Source: Pocillopora damicornis (Eukaryota). Taken from it: 64,000 nucleotides of DNA. Numbering within the stretch: position 1 is the first letter of the stretch; each line of letters opens with the position of its first letter. The notes under the pieces are model-generated. The model worked only from the letters and a program-made list of their open reading frames with translations. It ran no database searches and was not told where the DNA came from. Position numbers and translations under genes: made by a program. The stretch spans positions 310,001-374,000 of the forward strand of contig NW_020847208.1 in assembly GCF_003704095.1 (NCBI RefSeq), read 5' to 3'. Below are positions 52,188 through 64,000 of the stretch, piece by piece.

Positions 52188-53948
52188 TTAAGCGTCTTGC
52201 ATACCATCCACGGTGATGTGGTATATGTAATTCATTTCTTTGCCTCTTCCCATGCACTGCCCGTAAGCATTGTCATCACACGAGTAGAAGTATTGATTAA
52301 AGCAATGGCTCGAGTTTCCATGCCTGCTGTAACTTGTAGAGGCATGTGGATCACTAAAGCATCGTCCGTAGTCTTGAAGACCAAAGTAAGTAAAACCATT
52401 CTGGGCACTGCTTTTGGCGCAGCGGCATGCCAGACTGTAAGAGATAGTGATAGCCACTTAGTAGTTTTTCGTCGTTTTGGGAGCTACAACTTCATGAAGC
52501 GGACAGATTATAAAAGAATGTAAACAATCATCTCGTGAACTCTCGTCATAAAGTACTCGATAAACGACGCAGAAAAAAAGCATGAAACTTTCCTCTGTTC
52601 TAAGTAAAATTGTATTGAAACGTTTATTTATTGACTCATCTTAAGACTTCTTAAGAAAATTTGAATGACTTCTCGTTTTCACAAGACATACGAATTTTAA
52701 GTTGGAAAAAATATATCTCGCCCAAACACGAACACGCAAACTGCATGTGTGTGTAGAGGTAAAAGAAATGAAGTAAAGCTCTGGAAACTCCGTATTTAAC
52801 TTTATGGCATCTCACCGATGATCATGACCATATTTTCAATTTATGGCAAACACGATGAAGTTGTTGAAATATTTTATTTTATATACTGTTCACCTCTTGA
52901 GGTATGTATTGTAGTTGGCCCAGTCCACCCTTTGTCCACTGTAATTTGGATCACTTGACATCCTGTCTTGGAAAAGTTCCTGTGAAAGTGTTCTGTTGTT
53001 GGTGTCTTCTTTGAAGCATCCGACTTTCTCATAGTTAACCTCGCAGATACTGTGTAATTTGATAGGATTCTCTGGATAACCAAGATGAAGAAAAATTTTA
53101 ATACTGAGAGTTATGATTTTTCTCTCTATTTGCCTAGCAAGGCTATGGAAGAAAATGAGATTTTAATCTTAGAGTCGAGGGGATAGAGAGTAAGGAGTAT
53201 CTCTAATATAAATTGACAACCAGGGCCTGGATTTTTGAGGACTGAGTACATTTAGGGTTTCTTTCTTCCTTTACCATATGAATGAAATTTTAGCTACGAC
53301 AGGAAATAGTCAGAGAAAAATTTAAAAGAATTGATCAACATCCATGCCTGATACTTCAGTAAAGTGCCTGAACATGTTATGTAAGTTAACCCAGGTAAAA
53401 CGAATGGAAATTGAAAAAAAAACATTTACATTTAATTTACCACGAAACACTATTTCATTTATACAGCTATTTCGAGAAAGGTTGTCGGAAAAAGGACAAA
53501 AGCGCACCCGACATGATGAAAAAGTATTCTAGTCAGCAATAGACTGTCATTTTTCTATAGGTCTACCAGCGTAATAATCCACTTAGAAGTCTGGAATAAC
53601 GCCCTCATGTAGTTTGTGAACCTATAGCCGACATCGACCGATTTAGTGCGGATTATAAATCATATCTTTGAGCTGAGACGAAACTAGGATACGAATTTTT
53701 GTCTCATTTAACTTACCAGCTTCTTCTAAATCCTCAAAAAGCGTATTCACTTTTTTTCGTTCATCTTTGGTTTCTAAAATAGCAAAGTAAGGTGAATTAG
53801 TGCATTTCAACGTTCAGCACTGCTAACGCGTAATGGAACTTGAAAGATTTGTTACTTTCATCTCACCTCTTTTTGAATTACGTTGAAGCCGTGCGTGTGA
53901 CACAGCGATGATGGAGAGCAACAGTAAGGAAGAGGCTATTACCTGCAT
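52188..53948 (-). CDS. WSC-like paralog E, recent duplicate of D lacking its own terminal exon
   Basis: Exons 53948-53867, 53773-53717, 53071-52894 and 52434-52205 have the same lengths as in D (82/57/178/230 nt) and are open. I found no copy of D's last exon downstream. Read-through gives DGMQDA* (stop 52188-52190). Confidence 0.78.
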
Positions 53949-54248
53949 ATTTTGAACTGTTAGAAATAATTTATCATTAGAACAACAACCATTTGTAAAG
54001 TATATTTGGACACCATGTTAGTCGTAGTTATAGTCATTGATACGATGGTGTAACACCTTCAAGGCGCCCCATGTCGATCGCTGTAGAGTTGTAGAAAAAG
54101 CTATCCACTCATTTGGTACCTAATAGTTTCGTACGCTGTAATTTCGTTCCCAAATTCAGTGAGTTTTTAAATTAAATTGATCACCGTAAAGAGTTTCAAA
54201 GCTGACGTTTCGAGCGTTAGCCCTTCGCTAGAGCAATTCGCGAAGAGC

Positions 54249-54286
54249 TAGCTCTGACGAGGGGCTAGCGCTCGAAACGTTAGCTT
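54249..54286 (+). ncRNA. Minimal type I hammerhead ribozyme motif, duplicate copy
   Basis: AGCT-CTGACGA-G-GGGC-tagc-GCTC-GAAA-CG-TT-AGCT, with a GUU triplet. Lies within inverted repeat 54172-54346. Confidence 0.7.
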
Positions 54287-57270
54287 TTAAACTCTTTATG
54301 GCAGCCAATTTACGCTATCAACTCAGTTGTTCACACTAAATTACCCTAAGTATCGAGATAGTTTTATAACAAGTGATTTTTTTTATACGAAGGCGCTACT
54401 TTTACAGCAAATACTGTTAAAATTCCTGAACTGTCAAAGGATGACTGTTGCTGACTCTGATAAATTAAACCAAAAGTGTCATGCAAAGCACACAACTTTG
54501 TGTATCTAAGTTTGAATATTTAAATTTGAAATGGCTGAGATATGTGGTCGCTTTCTTGTGTCACTGCATTCCTTTCGTAATAATTCAAGATCGGTTCATC
54601 ATATGCAGTCAGATATCTCACAAAAAACATTCAACACATTCATCCAGCACAATACTGAACCCTTTTAAAGTGGACAAGTTTTTGATCTACGATATTGCAT
54701 TTCTCTCCAAATTGAGTGCGATCTTGCCGAAGTCCTAATCTAGACGCGTTTAATACTTCTCCTATTTGATACAATACTAAATGTTTCTGTTTTCTCGAAT
54801 CATCTATCATGAGCAAATTTCTTATTCTGGATTCTCTGCATTCAACGCTAAATAATGAAGTTTGACCAGTAGGAAAAATACCTTTGATCAGTCTCAAAGA
54901 TGTACAAAAGTTAAGATAATCTTTTCCAAAAATAGCGTCCAAATGAAAATTAAAAAAAAACAACAACAGCAACAAGGAGAAAAGGTCTACTGACAGCAAG
55001 ACATTTCACGATATCAATGATAAGTAGAGATCTGAAAGGGTTCTTATTTAGAGATCCAAGTTTTTTTATGACGAGATAGATGACGCTCAAAGATATAAAT
55101 TGTGACCCTCTTACATACAAATCTTTGTACATTTGTTTCATACTTTCAAAGCTAAATCAACGCATGGCTGACTCGCACTCTATAGGAATTGAAAAATTAA
55201 AGGTGGCCTATGTGGATTACATTTGAGGAGTGGTAAGCATTTTCAGTGCAACTTGATATCAAGCTGTTTTTACATGGAGAAGTCAACTCGACGAAATTAA
55301 TGATGCATGGGCGTTGAAAATGTGACGCCCACAAGTATTTCGAAGCGCTACTCCAGATATGAATAAAGGTAACTTTTTTTTGTCTGTGAAGGTTTCACCG
55401 AGATTATTCGGCAATGTTTGAGACAGACCATATTGTTACTGTTGGCAACGCAAAAACCTCTGACAAAATGAAACAATAAAAAAGAAATCTTATATCCATT
55501 GGATGGCAAAGTGAGTTTTTTCTCCCTAGGATTTAAGAATTAGGTTAGACAATTTCTCTGTAAATTCCAAATGAGACAAAGATGCTGTAAACAAAACGCA
55601 AAACACACTTTAAGGGAAAAAGAGAAATTTAGTCGAGCGCGGATAAGATTCTACCCCCTAAAGTAAAAAGTTCTCCTGACTATAGTATGGTCTCATTCTA
55701 ACGAAGAAAAAACTACTTACTCCCTCCTTTTCAGACTACTTTTACTGCAAAACCTTTGACCTTCCCGATACAAGAATGTAGCCTTTACTCAAATGTTAAT
55801 ACCTATCTTTTAGCAAACTTGATCTGCGCACTAAGAATGACTGACGAAGACGTCATATATTTTGTCACCACAAGACAAACATGACCGGGAATCCATAAAC
55901 CCGTCAAGATGACCCGCATTATTTAGCACAATTATTGCTAAGAGCATCTAGCATTAAAAGTGTATGTTCCCATTTTTCCTGATCATGAGAAGGATGAGAA
56001 ACTGAAAGTACTGCAGGGGACTTTTGAGTAAGTCTCTGCGTGAATCGTGGGAGTAACTAATCCATACTCCCACCTTAAAATTCCTCGTTCAATTTGTTTT
56101 CGATCATCGTTTAATTACCAGCATGACCCGGGAGTTTGGAGCCGGGAAAAACGGGGGTGGGGTGGGGGCACAGGGCGTTATGCTTTGGATGCGTAATAAA
56201 TGAGTAGGATATGTATTCATTTACGTTAAACTTTGCTGTACATAGCAAAGTAATTCATATACGATCAAATAAAAGGAACTGCGGAGCTAATCCAAAAACA
56301 TAATTTTTTTCCTTGCATTTCTAGTAGTAACCCACTACCTTCAGCAATCGGTTGCCAGATGAATTAAGTCCAATTACATTCGGCTTCCGACTTGAGGGTA
56401 AACTTCCGATTCCTAGATTGCGACCGTTCACTTCAGTTTGAGACCTATAACATCTCCACTATCGACCGTCCTTCTTCAAACTCGTTATTTTCGGGAAGAA
56501 TCAGTGATATAATCTTGACGCCTGTATGGAGAACTTATAGGGCCAATAACAAAATACTCATAAAAAAAATGCGCTTCACTTGCCAGTAATCAAAGAATTG
56601 CATAAACAAACTTTAAGGCAATTAAACCTGGTAGAGAGAGATGATAATGACAGCATATTAAAATGAGGCAAAATTATTTCGACTTATTTGAGAATATTTA
56701 CAAATAGAAGCGGCAAAAGAGTGAATAAACATTGAAATAAACGAAAACGGTTCAAGGATCGTAGCTTGCAGTGTTGAGAATGTATGGGATTTAAACCGAA
56801 CATTATAACAATCACTCACTTTTGTCTACAAGTTAAAATCAATAATGCTGAATTCAAACATGAAAAAAAACTTAAACTTTCCAGGCCTAAAATAGTATAA
56901 GATTCTGATAGAGAATACAGCGCACGCTCGAATTGAGTCGTTCCCCCACCTTCATGCAACACAGATAATAAATTTACACTCTAAATAAGCTTTATTGAGA
57001 CGACTAGGCAAAAAAATTCAATAAAATGATTCTATCTACTTTTACTGTACTTGAGCTACATAATGTCTGAGACGGCTGCAAGATCTTTAACGAGTAGAAA
57101 AACAATGATAATGAGGATAGGAATGTATGACATATTGTGCGTTTGTCAAAAAAGATAAAAGAAGATGAAAGAAAAATTGTTAAACGAAGAAAAAAGTGTG
57201 TGTGACGAGTAACTAAATCTTATTTTGTTATATATTTGTACATTCTCAGATCTCAGTTTATAGTCGCTGG

Positions 57271-58630
57271 CTAATATTCCTCCGGTCTGAGCTCACCATT
57301 TCCACTTTGAGCATCAGATTCTGAAACAAAAGGAAACAACAAATCTGAGCTTGAGGCAAATCATCTACCTACAATTTTGATCTTTGGATTTGCCTTAAGG
57401 TGTTTTTTGAAGACCGGTTGAAACATACTTATGCTACACCCATACGAGACATGTTGGTGCCTTGTAAGGGGCATATTTAATCTTCTATGCACATATCACA
57501 AGAACTCAGACTGTGCTGAATGAAAATATGGATTTACATCATGTAAAATTGGACTATCTTTGTCACAGTGGCTAACTTACGTTACCAACTCAGTTGATAA
57601 TACTAAATGACCCTGTTATACTTTCCCACTGACGCAGCACCACAGTTTCCTGAGAAAATTGCCCCCTTCATTTCATTTGTCTTTGTCATTTGATTAGATA
57701 TAACTCACTGTCTGATGAACATACCTTCCTCAGTGAGCGCTTTCAATTGCTCCTGATAGTTATCTTTTGCAGGGCCTTTATGGAGGTTTAGCTCTAAATA
57801 GATTTAATCAAATTGAAAAAGTTAGATCGTACTAAGGAAATATCAAGCTAAGAGACTTGATCTCAATAAAGAGCTTTTCTTAATTCATTCTAAGTAGTAT
57901 TCGTTTCTTCAACCGCAGTTTACATGTATAATTTTCATGTATTTACAGTCATTTTTCGATCATCGCCGTTTTCCCATGAGAATGTAGAACTAGCCAATCA
58001 TACGTCACTCATTTTTCTCAAGTGGACATTTCGTCTGCGCCCAATCGCTCTCTACCAAAATATTCAAGCAAGTCAGCGCCGGGTGCAATTCACATTATTC
58101 CCTGAAGAACATTTTGCTTTTCAAGGAATTGCGCGCCTTCAAGTAAAGCCACAATCAATTATTCATGCTTATTGTTTTGAGCACTTAGGAATCATACGTA
58201 ATTTCACGTGCTTCATAGTCTGTGTGACTTAATGGTAAATCCCAATACAGTTTCAAGATTTTGGGTCCCCTGCACTCGAACCCAGCCCTCCTTGAATTAA
58301 AAAGGTCACTTACTCTCGAGTCAATGCACATCAAATGAAATGATTCACATATCGTCTGCTAAATTTTTAAAGCAGCTTTGGCTTACCTGACTCTCTCAAA
58401 TCCCTCATTGTTTCTTCGAGTTCCTCGGCGTCGGTTTTATGTTCTTCCAAACAAAAACAAAAACAAATTGTACTTGAGTCCCAACACAAGAGTACAATGT
58501 TTGAAACTCGTCTGGGAGTAAAAAGATCGAATCCACAATTGATTGTCTCACCTTTCTTAAGTGGTATGGATTTAGCTTCCATTACCAAAAGACAAATGAG
58601 AAGCATAAAACATATCAACGGTGTGCGCAT
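57271..58630 (-). CDS. Paralog F: ~84-aa acidic secreted peptide precursor with no Cys domain
   Basis: Exons 58630-58552 (signal MRTPLICFMLLICLLVMEAKSIPLKK), 58443-58387 (EHKTDAEELEETMRDLRES), 57793-57725 (ELNLHKGPAKDNYQEQLKALTEE) and 57320-57271 (ESDAQSGNGELRPEEY*). All junctions are phase-1 GT-AG. Confidence 0.78.
57568..57668. mobile_element. Partial copy of the Penelope-derived repeat
   Basis: 'gtggctaacttacgttaccaactcagttgataatactaaatgaccctgttatactttcccactgacgcagcaccacagtttc' matches ~18987-19075. Confidence 0.7.
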
Positions 58631-60933
58631 CTTAGCTTCTGTTGAAAGAGAGGTAAAGAAAGAAAGAATGAATCATGGAAATAGCAATCCATTGGAAGCT
58701 TAAAACGTGGCAAAAATAACGTTAAGAAATATATTTTTTTCTCACTTATCACAGAGATTTGAAGAAATTTGAAAGCAAACTATATCATCAGGTTTATATT
58801 TTTTAATTAATCTCCGAGATGTTATGGGTGATATTAGCCTGTATATTATTTCATTGTGCATCTCAGTTAGATCATGACATGCTACGAAATATACTTGTAA
58901 AGTCGCAGGCTTGAGCTGTTTTGAGAGCTGTGTCCATTAAAGGATCCAGTTTTGTTTAATTTCTTAAGTTTTCTGTCGCATGTACGCCTTAATTATCGAC
59001 AAAATCCCTGAAAAAACTTACTACAGAGATTCAAAGAGGACATTTTTCAATCATTAACAGTTTTTATTGTAATATAGGGATTCATTTAAACTTTATAACA
59101 TATTAGGCGAATTGTTTAAATATCTAGGTTTGATGAAGATTGTTGCCCTGAATAGCATGTTAATGAAATGCATGCCAGAGAAAAAAAGAGATACTTCAAC
59201 TTAAAACCCCAATTAAAAATCAATAATTTAAATCCTCGATAAAAGCAAACATACCTGTGACACGAAAAATTAAAAACCCAACGTTTTGCGCAAAACTGAA
59301 GAAATTTGGTTGGGAATTGATCTCACAAGCCTAGTATCTAGTTAGCTTTTCATTACCTTGGAGTAAACTAAAATCTTATTTATGGGCCCAACCCTCATCC
59401 ACAAGTTTCATTGTAGGGCTGGGTTGTGTAATTGTATCCATGCTTACCTTATAAATGAAAAATCTTAACAAAATGTGAAAAACATAGATCTCAAATCTCG
59501 AGCTTAGCATCCCAGCACCCAATATTATGGATCAAAAAAGTTCTCCACGAGAGTTTTTGTCTTTTTACTTGCTAAATGATAAATTGCCTCTAGCTACATT
59601 TAGGCAAAGAACTGATGACAATCAAGTTTATTTGTTTTCGTCAAAAGAGCACCGGCAAGGTTTATCAATAGTTCATTGCCTAGCCTCTCTCTGCTAATTC
59701 TTCGAAAAATGATTCTCTCCAGTTGTACGAAACGGTACCTTTGATTATCCGAAGTCATGAGTGATTCAAGATTCTCTTGAAGGTAAAGAATTTTTAAGCG
59801 AGCTAGATGAGTAAAATTAGGGGAAATGTAAAACTCTGTGTCTGCCTTAGTGTTCAAAGAATGTACTCGCTGATTGCTTCACAGAGAAAAGAGGTCAATC
59901 TTTGTCAGACCTGAGATAAAAAAAATATGTGTGCATTATATCAAGAGGTTTTGACTCAACGTGCGTTTCACAGCATTTAAATATGTACGCACAGGCTGTT
60001 TCTAAGAAGTACGTAAATGAATTACACTGATTTACAAATATGATTTGGTGCACTACCGGTGCGTGAGTTCCTACCCAACTTCTAAACCCGTCCAATTGTT
60101 TCAAAATTCTAGATAACTAGAATTTTTACAGTTACCTCTATCCAACGCTTGGATGTTCTTCGTCCTTAGTGACAGTCGAATAAGGTACCCGAAGACTGAA
60201 GCAGGCTTAAATTTAACCAAAACACGAGGCAAATGGCACCAAGGACTTTGCACACCGCTCGAAGCTCCGCTCCTAACTCCTGCAGGATTTTGTCTTCGTT
60301 ATGCAGGAATGTTTTTCCACCCCCGTGTTTGCTAAATCCACATATAGGCTTTAATAAAGTGTGGTTAATGCTTAACGAGCTCAAGTCCTCTATTTACTTA
60401 AAAGGGTTTACCTTTAAAAGTACTTCAATAGATTTAAATTCTTCACTGGAGAAGCTGATATTTCTCCTTTGATTTTTTGCGTTCATTCTCAACCAAAGTG
60501 CCCAACTTTCTTTGCATTGATCTCAATTTTTTCATGTGGGAAAATCTTTCCGAAATAAAATTATCCTGCGTTTATTTTTTTCGTGATAGACTTGTTTAAC
60601 TATTCAATGACATCTTATGACCATTTTCATGCTAATTTTTCGGTCTCTTAGAACAAACATTCTCTCGGGAGACATTTCATTTTACTACTGCTGGGGTCTC
60701 AAGTATTACCAAGTCCCGGATGCGGCCTTCCAACTTGACATTTTAGTCTTCACAACATGACAGCTACAGCAAATACCTCAGGAGAAAATGAAAGTTCAAG
60801 CGGAACAATGTTCAGTTTCCATAAGTCATTTTTAAACCTTTCAACTGACCAGTATGCTTCTTTCAAAATTTTGTCATTTTTCAAACGCGGTGAATAATTG
60901 AAGAGCCCGGGATTTGTTGCCCTAGACTTGATC

Positions 60934-61139
60934 AACCTTTAACTCTCACGAGTGACTAATAGAGAATTTCTCCTGACGATATCAATACCAGACCAAGCAC
61001 AGTTGTGATGAGAATAAAGAAAAACATCAACTGGAGGATCATTGGTTGGTCCAATACCAAATTCTCAAAACTAACATTATAAGATTTTTAAGCAGATAGT
61101 CAGGAGAATTACTAATGAGATCTTGAGAGTGAAAGGGTT
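60934..61139. mobile_element. ~205-bp MITE with terminal inverted repeats
   Basis: Left end 'aacctttaactctcacga'; reverse complement of right end 'aaccctttcactctcaaga'. Non-coding interior. Confidence 0.7.
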
Positions 61140-62273
61140 CACAATTAGCCCTCGACCCACCCAGTAAAGCACGGATTCGACCACTGACATTAAAAGTGTT
61201 GCCGTAACACAGTCTACTCCTTATCGTTAGTGTTAAGAACATGAACCTATGATGTCCTCGTTTTTGTTCGAAAAAAAACTTATAAAAAATCACACTGATA
61301 ACATGATGCTATTTATTTCAAGAAACATACAGTGCACTAGGAAAATATTTTTTAAAAAGCCCTGACTGAAGATTCATATGCCACTTGGTATAACTTTTGC
61401 TAATTTGTATGATGACTTGCTGTTTCTCTGTCTCCCAAACACAGATCAATGAAGGAGAACGATCTTAATGTTTCTGAACATGGCACTTTCTTCAGTCTCG
61501 GCGAACATTTAAGCGTCAGTACTCGTCTGGGTTTATTGGTGGCCCCACACCACTCCCATCTGGATTATCTCCTAAGAAAGAGAGAGAAGGAGAGAAAAAA
61601 CATTTCTTTAGGCCATTCAGTTGAATCAGCTCCTCTAAAGCATTTTGCTCCTGATTCTCAGACATTCCGACGTCTAGAGTCCTGCAAGTGGAGGGCAGGT
61701 TAAACAAGTGGCTTCGTACTGTCTGAGATTCCAGCAATAGCGCAAGGCACTACAGGAATAGCAACAAGAGGTTTTGTAAAGAGGCAGTAGGTTGGATGCA
61801 GTCACTGAATTTGATTGAGGGTTGCAAATTTTTAAAACGTATAGACTTGCACGCGGTTAATGCACAAAGCTGAAAGGAGGGTGAGAAACGCAAGTTTTGA
61901 TAAGTACAATTATAACTTTCAAGAGCTAACATTAAGCTCTCGTTTCTTCTCAGATTCTGATTTGGCTGCCTTTGGCTGCCTGCAGCATCTTCATATAAAC
62001 TTTAATCAACTTTCAGATTTACAAGTAAAATGACAAATCTGAGGTNNNNNNNNNNNNNNNNNNNNNNNNNNNNNNNNNNNNNNNNNNNNNNNNNNNNNNN
62101 NNNNNNNNNNNNNNNNNNNNNNNNNNNNNNNNNNNNNNNNNNNNNTTTGGCATGACAGAAGCTCTTGCCACGCATTTGCAGCCTGTAGGAGAAAGCAAAC
62201 CGGGGAGTGTTGGTGTACCTCTCATAATTCGGAATGTAAGGTATCATCGGATGATTCGATTTAGCGCGTTCCT

Positions 62274-62392
62274 TCCAATAAGCACCCCCTCTCTAATGAG
62301 AGCCTCCCTCGAACCTGTTTTGCCAATAAGCGCCCCTGTTCTAATAAACACTCGTATTAAGTAAGCAACCTCTTTCCATAAGCGCCCTTATT
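62274..62392. repeat. Short degenerate tandem repeat (ccaataagcgcccc-like)
   Basis: About 6 units: ccaataagcacccc, ctaatgagagcctc, ccaataagcgcccc, ctaataaacactc, gtaagcaacctc, ccataagcgccc. Confidence 0.55.
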
Positions 62393-63941
62393 CTGTTCCA
62401 GTAATAGCACTACAAGAGCGCTTGTACATTGAGATTATGCTCAAAATTATGCTCTTTTTTGCTATTGACGCTACATTTTTTAAGTACGCTTTTGAAAAAA
62501 GAAAAAGGAGAAAAACCAAACTCATATGTCTACTGTTAATGAAGCATGATATCTTCTTGATCCTAAGTTACACACTTTCCCTGATAAAACACAGCTAATT
62601 ACAATACTTCATTCCAGACTAGAAGCAGTGACCCAAGGTGTCAAAATGCACGATGCTAATATCACGTTTGATATTTTCTAATGATCAAAACATAATGGTG
62701 ATACTAACGTTCTGACCCGTGGGGTGGCTGTTCTTCTTCTCGTATTTGTAATTTTCTCAATGCTATTTAGTTGCTTGGGAAAGCGGAATGGGACCGACAC
62801 AATCTAGACGACGAATGACGCAGTATGGCAGTTACCTTCTACCCAAGACATGGCAAAATTGATAATTGATTGAACCGTGGACCGGACTTGAAAATAATCA
62901 TAATCTTAGAAACTAAGCAAGTCATGACTCTGGTAATGTTCCCTTCGAAAAAACTTAAAATATGCTGATTATGCTAGCTGTGCTACTTTTATAAATATTG
63001 AAAAAAACTAAGCTTGTTTTTCCGAATTATGCCATACATGCTAACACAATCCTGGGCCTGCATACCGGCATCCATTTCAGAAATCTCGTGCCCAGAGTCC
63101 TTACTCCCCTTGACTAGACAAACGTAATGGAGACTCTTCAACCAGAGTTATCTAAAGGTTTACATTTTCATATCCGTTTTAAGAAATCGGACAGTTTTCA
63201 CTAATCGCGAAATCTAGTCACAGAGGTATGGAGGTGTTTAAAGATAAATAGTTCACTGTTGCTAGCGAATGGCTCAGGAGAAAAGGTGTACAAACTAACT
63301 TTTAAAGCTTAGTCAGTTTTGCCTCGTACACAATCAGATCCAAACCAGTGACGTTTATAGAATACGTGGGGGAGAGGAGTCTTGGAATAAATGGCTTTTA
63401 TTACGTAAATTAGCGCAAATAAACGAATGAAAGTCAATCAACAACTTATTAGAGAGCGGAGGTGGCTGGATTTCTATCATTTACGTCAACCTGTCAGAAT
63501 TTGGATTAAAGTTTAATAGCAACAAAGGCGGTGTCTGTCTTCGCTTGCATATAGATTACTTGATAATGCCCGCATTTCAATACCATCTTAGATTTCGTTA
63601 ACTAAAGTGCACAGATCACTTACTGCTTGTGGAAAGTTTTGAGGGGTAAATGAGGTTTGAAAAGAACGATACTCAATTTAACTCGTTGGGTGGAATCAGA
63701 GGGAGGAANNNNNNNNNNNNNNNNNNNNNNNNNNNNNNNNNNNNNNNNNNNNNNNNNNNNNNNNNNNNNNNNNNNNNNNNNNNNNNNNNNNNNNNNNNNN
63801 NNNNNNNNTAAGTTAAAGTAATACGATACGTGCCCTCGTCCTATACGTAACCGCTTTCCAGGGCCATATTCGCCAGCTACAAAAACTCAGTGGCCCATTC
63901 AGTAGAGGCGGTGAGGAACTGGTGACGGGTCAATAAACAAG

Positions 63942-63973
63942 ATGGCGGTCTCAATGGTTGTATTCGTGCTCGC
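63942..63973 (+). CDS. Probable first coding exon of a downstream gene (MAVSMVVFVLA...)
   Basis: 'aacaagATGGCG' start context in a GC-richer stretch, hydrophobic N-terminus, donor 'GC|gtatgt'. Confidence 0.5.
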
Positions 63974-64000
63974 GTATGTATTTGTTATGAGAATTCTTTA

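Larger units (their letters stand above)
47485..57095. repeat. Tandem segmental duplication: ~47485-51915 vs ~52005-57095
   Basis: Collinear near-identity of exons, introns and upstream DNA (e.g. 'aagggggccgagagctgtgagtggaaggacatt', 'ttttgtcaccacaagacaaacatgaccgggaatccataaacccgtcaagatga', 'atgtctgagacggctgcaagatc'). Copy 2 has extra blocks at ~54880-55390 and ~56490-57020. Confidence 0.9.

Noticed and set aside
59600-60830. Possible decayed minus-strand coding sequence
   Set aside because: Several short broken frames with no motif I can recognise. A tBLASTx search would be needed.

Overview
AT-rich, intron-containing animal DNA. It is most likely cnidarian, probably a stony coral; this is inferred from the ShKT domain, the WSC-like small secreted protein family and cnidarian-type SINE/MITE/Penelope-derived repeats. 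The supplied ORF track fragments the genes, so I rebuilt them by hand from GT-AG junctions and reading phase. Plus strand: two tandem paralogous von Willebrand factor A (VWA) genes. Gene 1 (5'-truncated, 103-10053) begins with 21 intact symmetric phase-1 micro-exons of 18-36 nt encoding a Thr/Ser/Pro mucin-like stalk, plus 2 donor-dead copies. Three VWA domains and a CxxC...CxxC/RKKR/His-Arg tail follow. Gene 2 (13526-32506, 24 coding exons, ~2270 aa) has a signal peptide and propeptide, 5 VWA domains separated by Gly/Ala and Gly/Met silk-like linkers, a 510-aa low-complexity exon, the same CxxC...CxxC motif, a poly-His block and a C-terminal ShKT domain. Minus strand (33.2-58.6 kb): five paralogous small secreted Cys-rich WSC-like genes, two of them from a recent partial tandem duplication, and a sixth short acidic paralog with no Cys domain. 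Also present: Penelope-type inverted repeats carrying minimal hammerhead ribozymes, SINEs, a MITE, a possible gag relic, four assembly gaps and a probable gene start at the right edge. The most striking feature is the Schistosoma-MEG-like micro-exon array fused to VWA domains whose MIDAS Thr is replaced by Cys.
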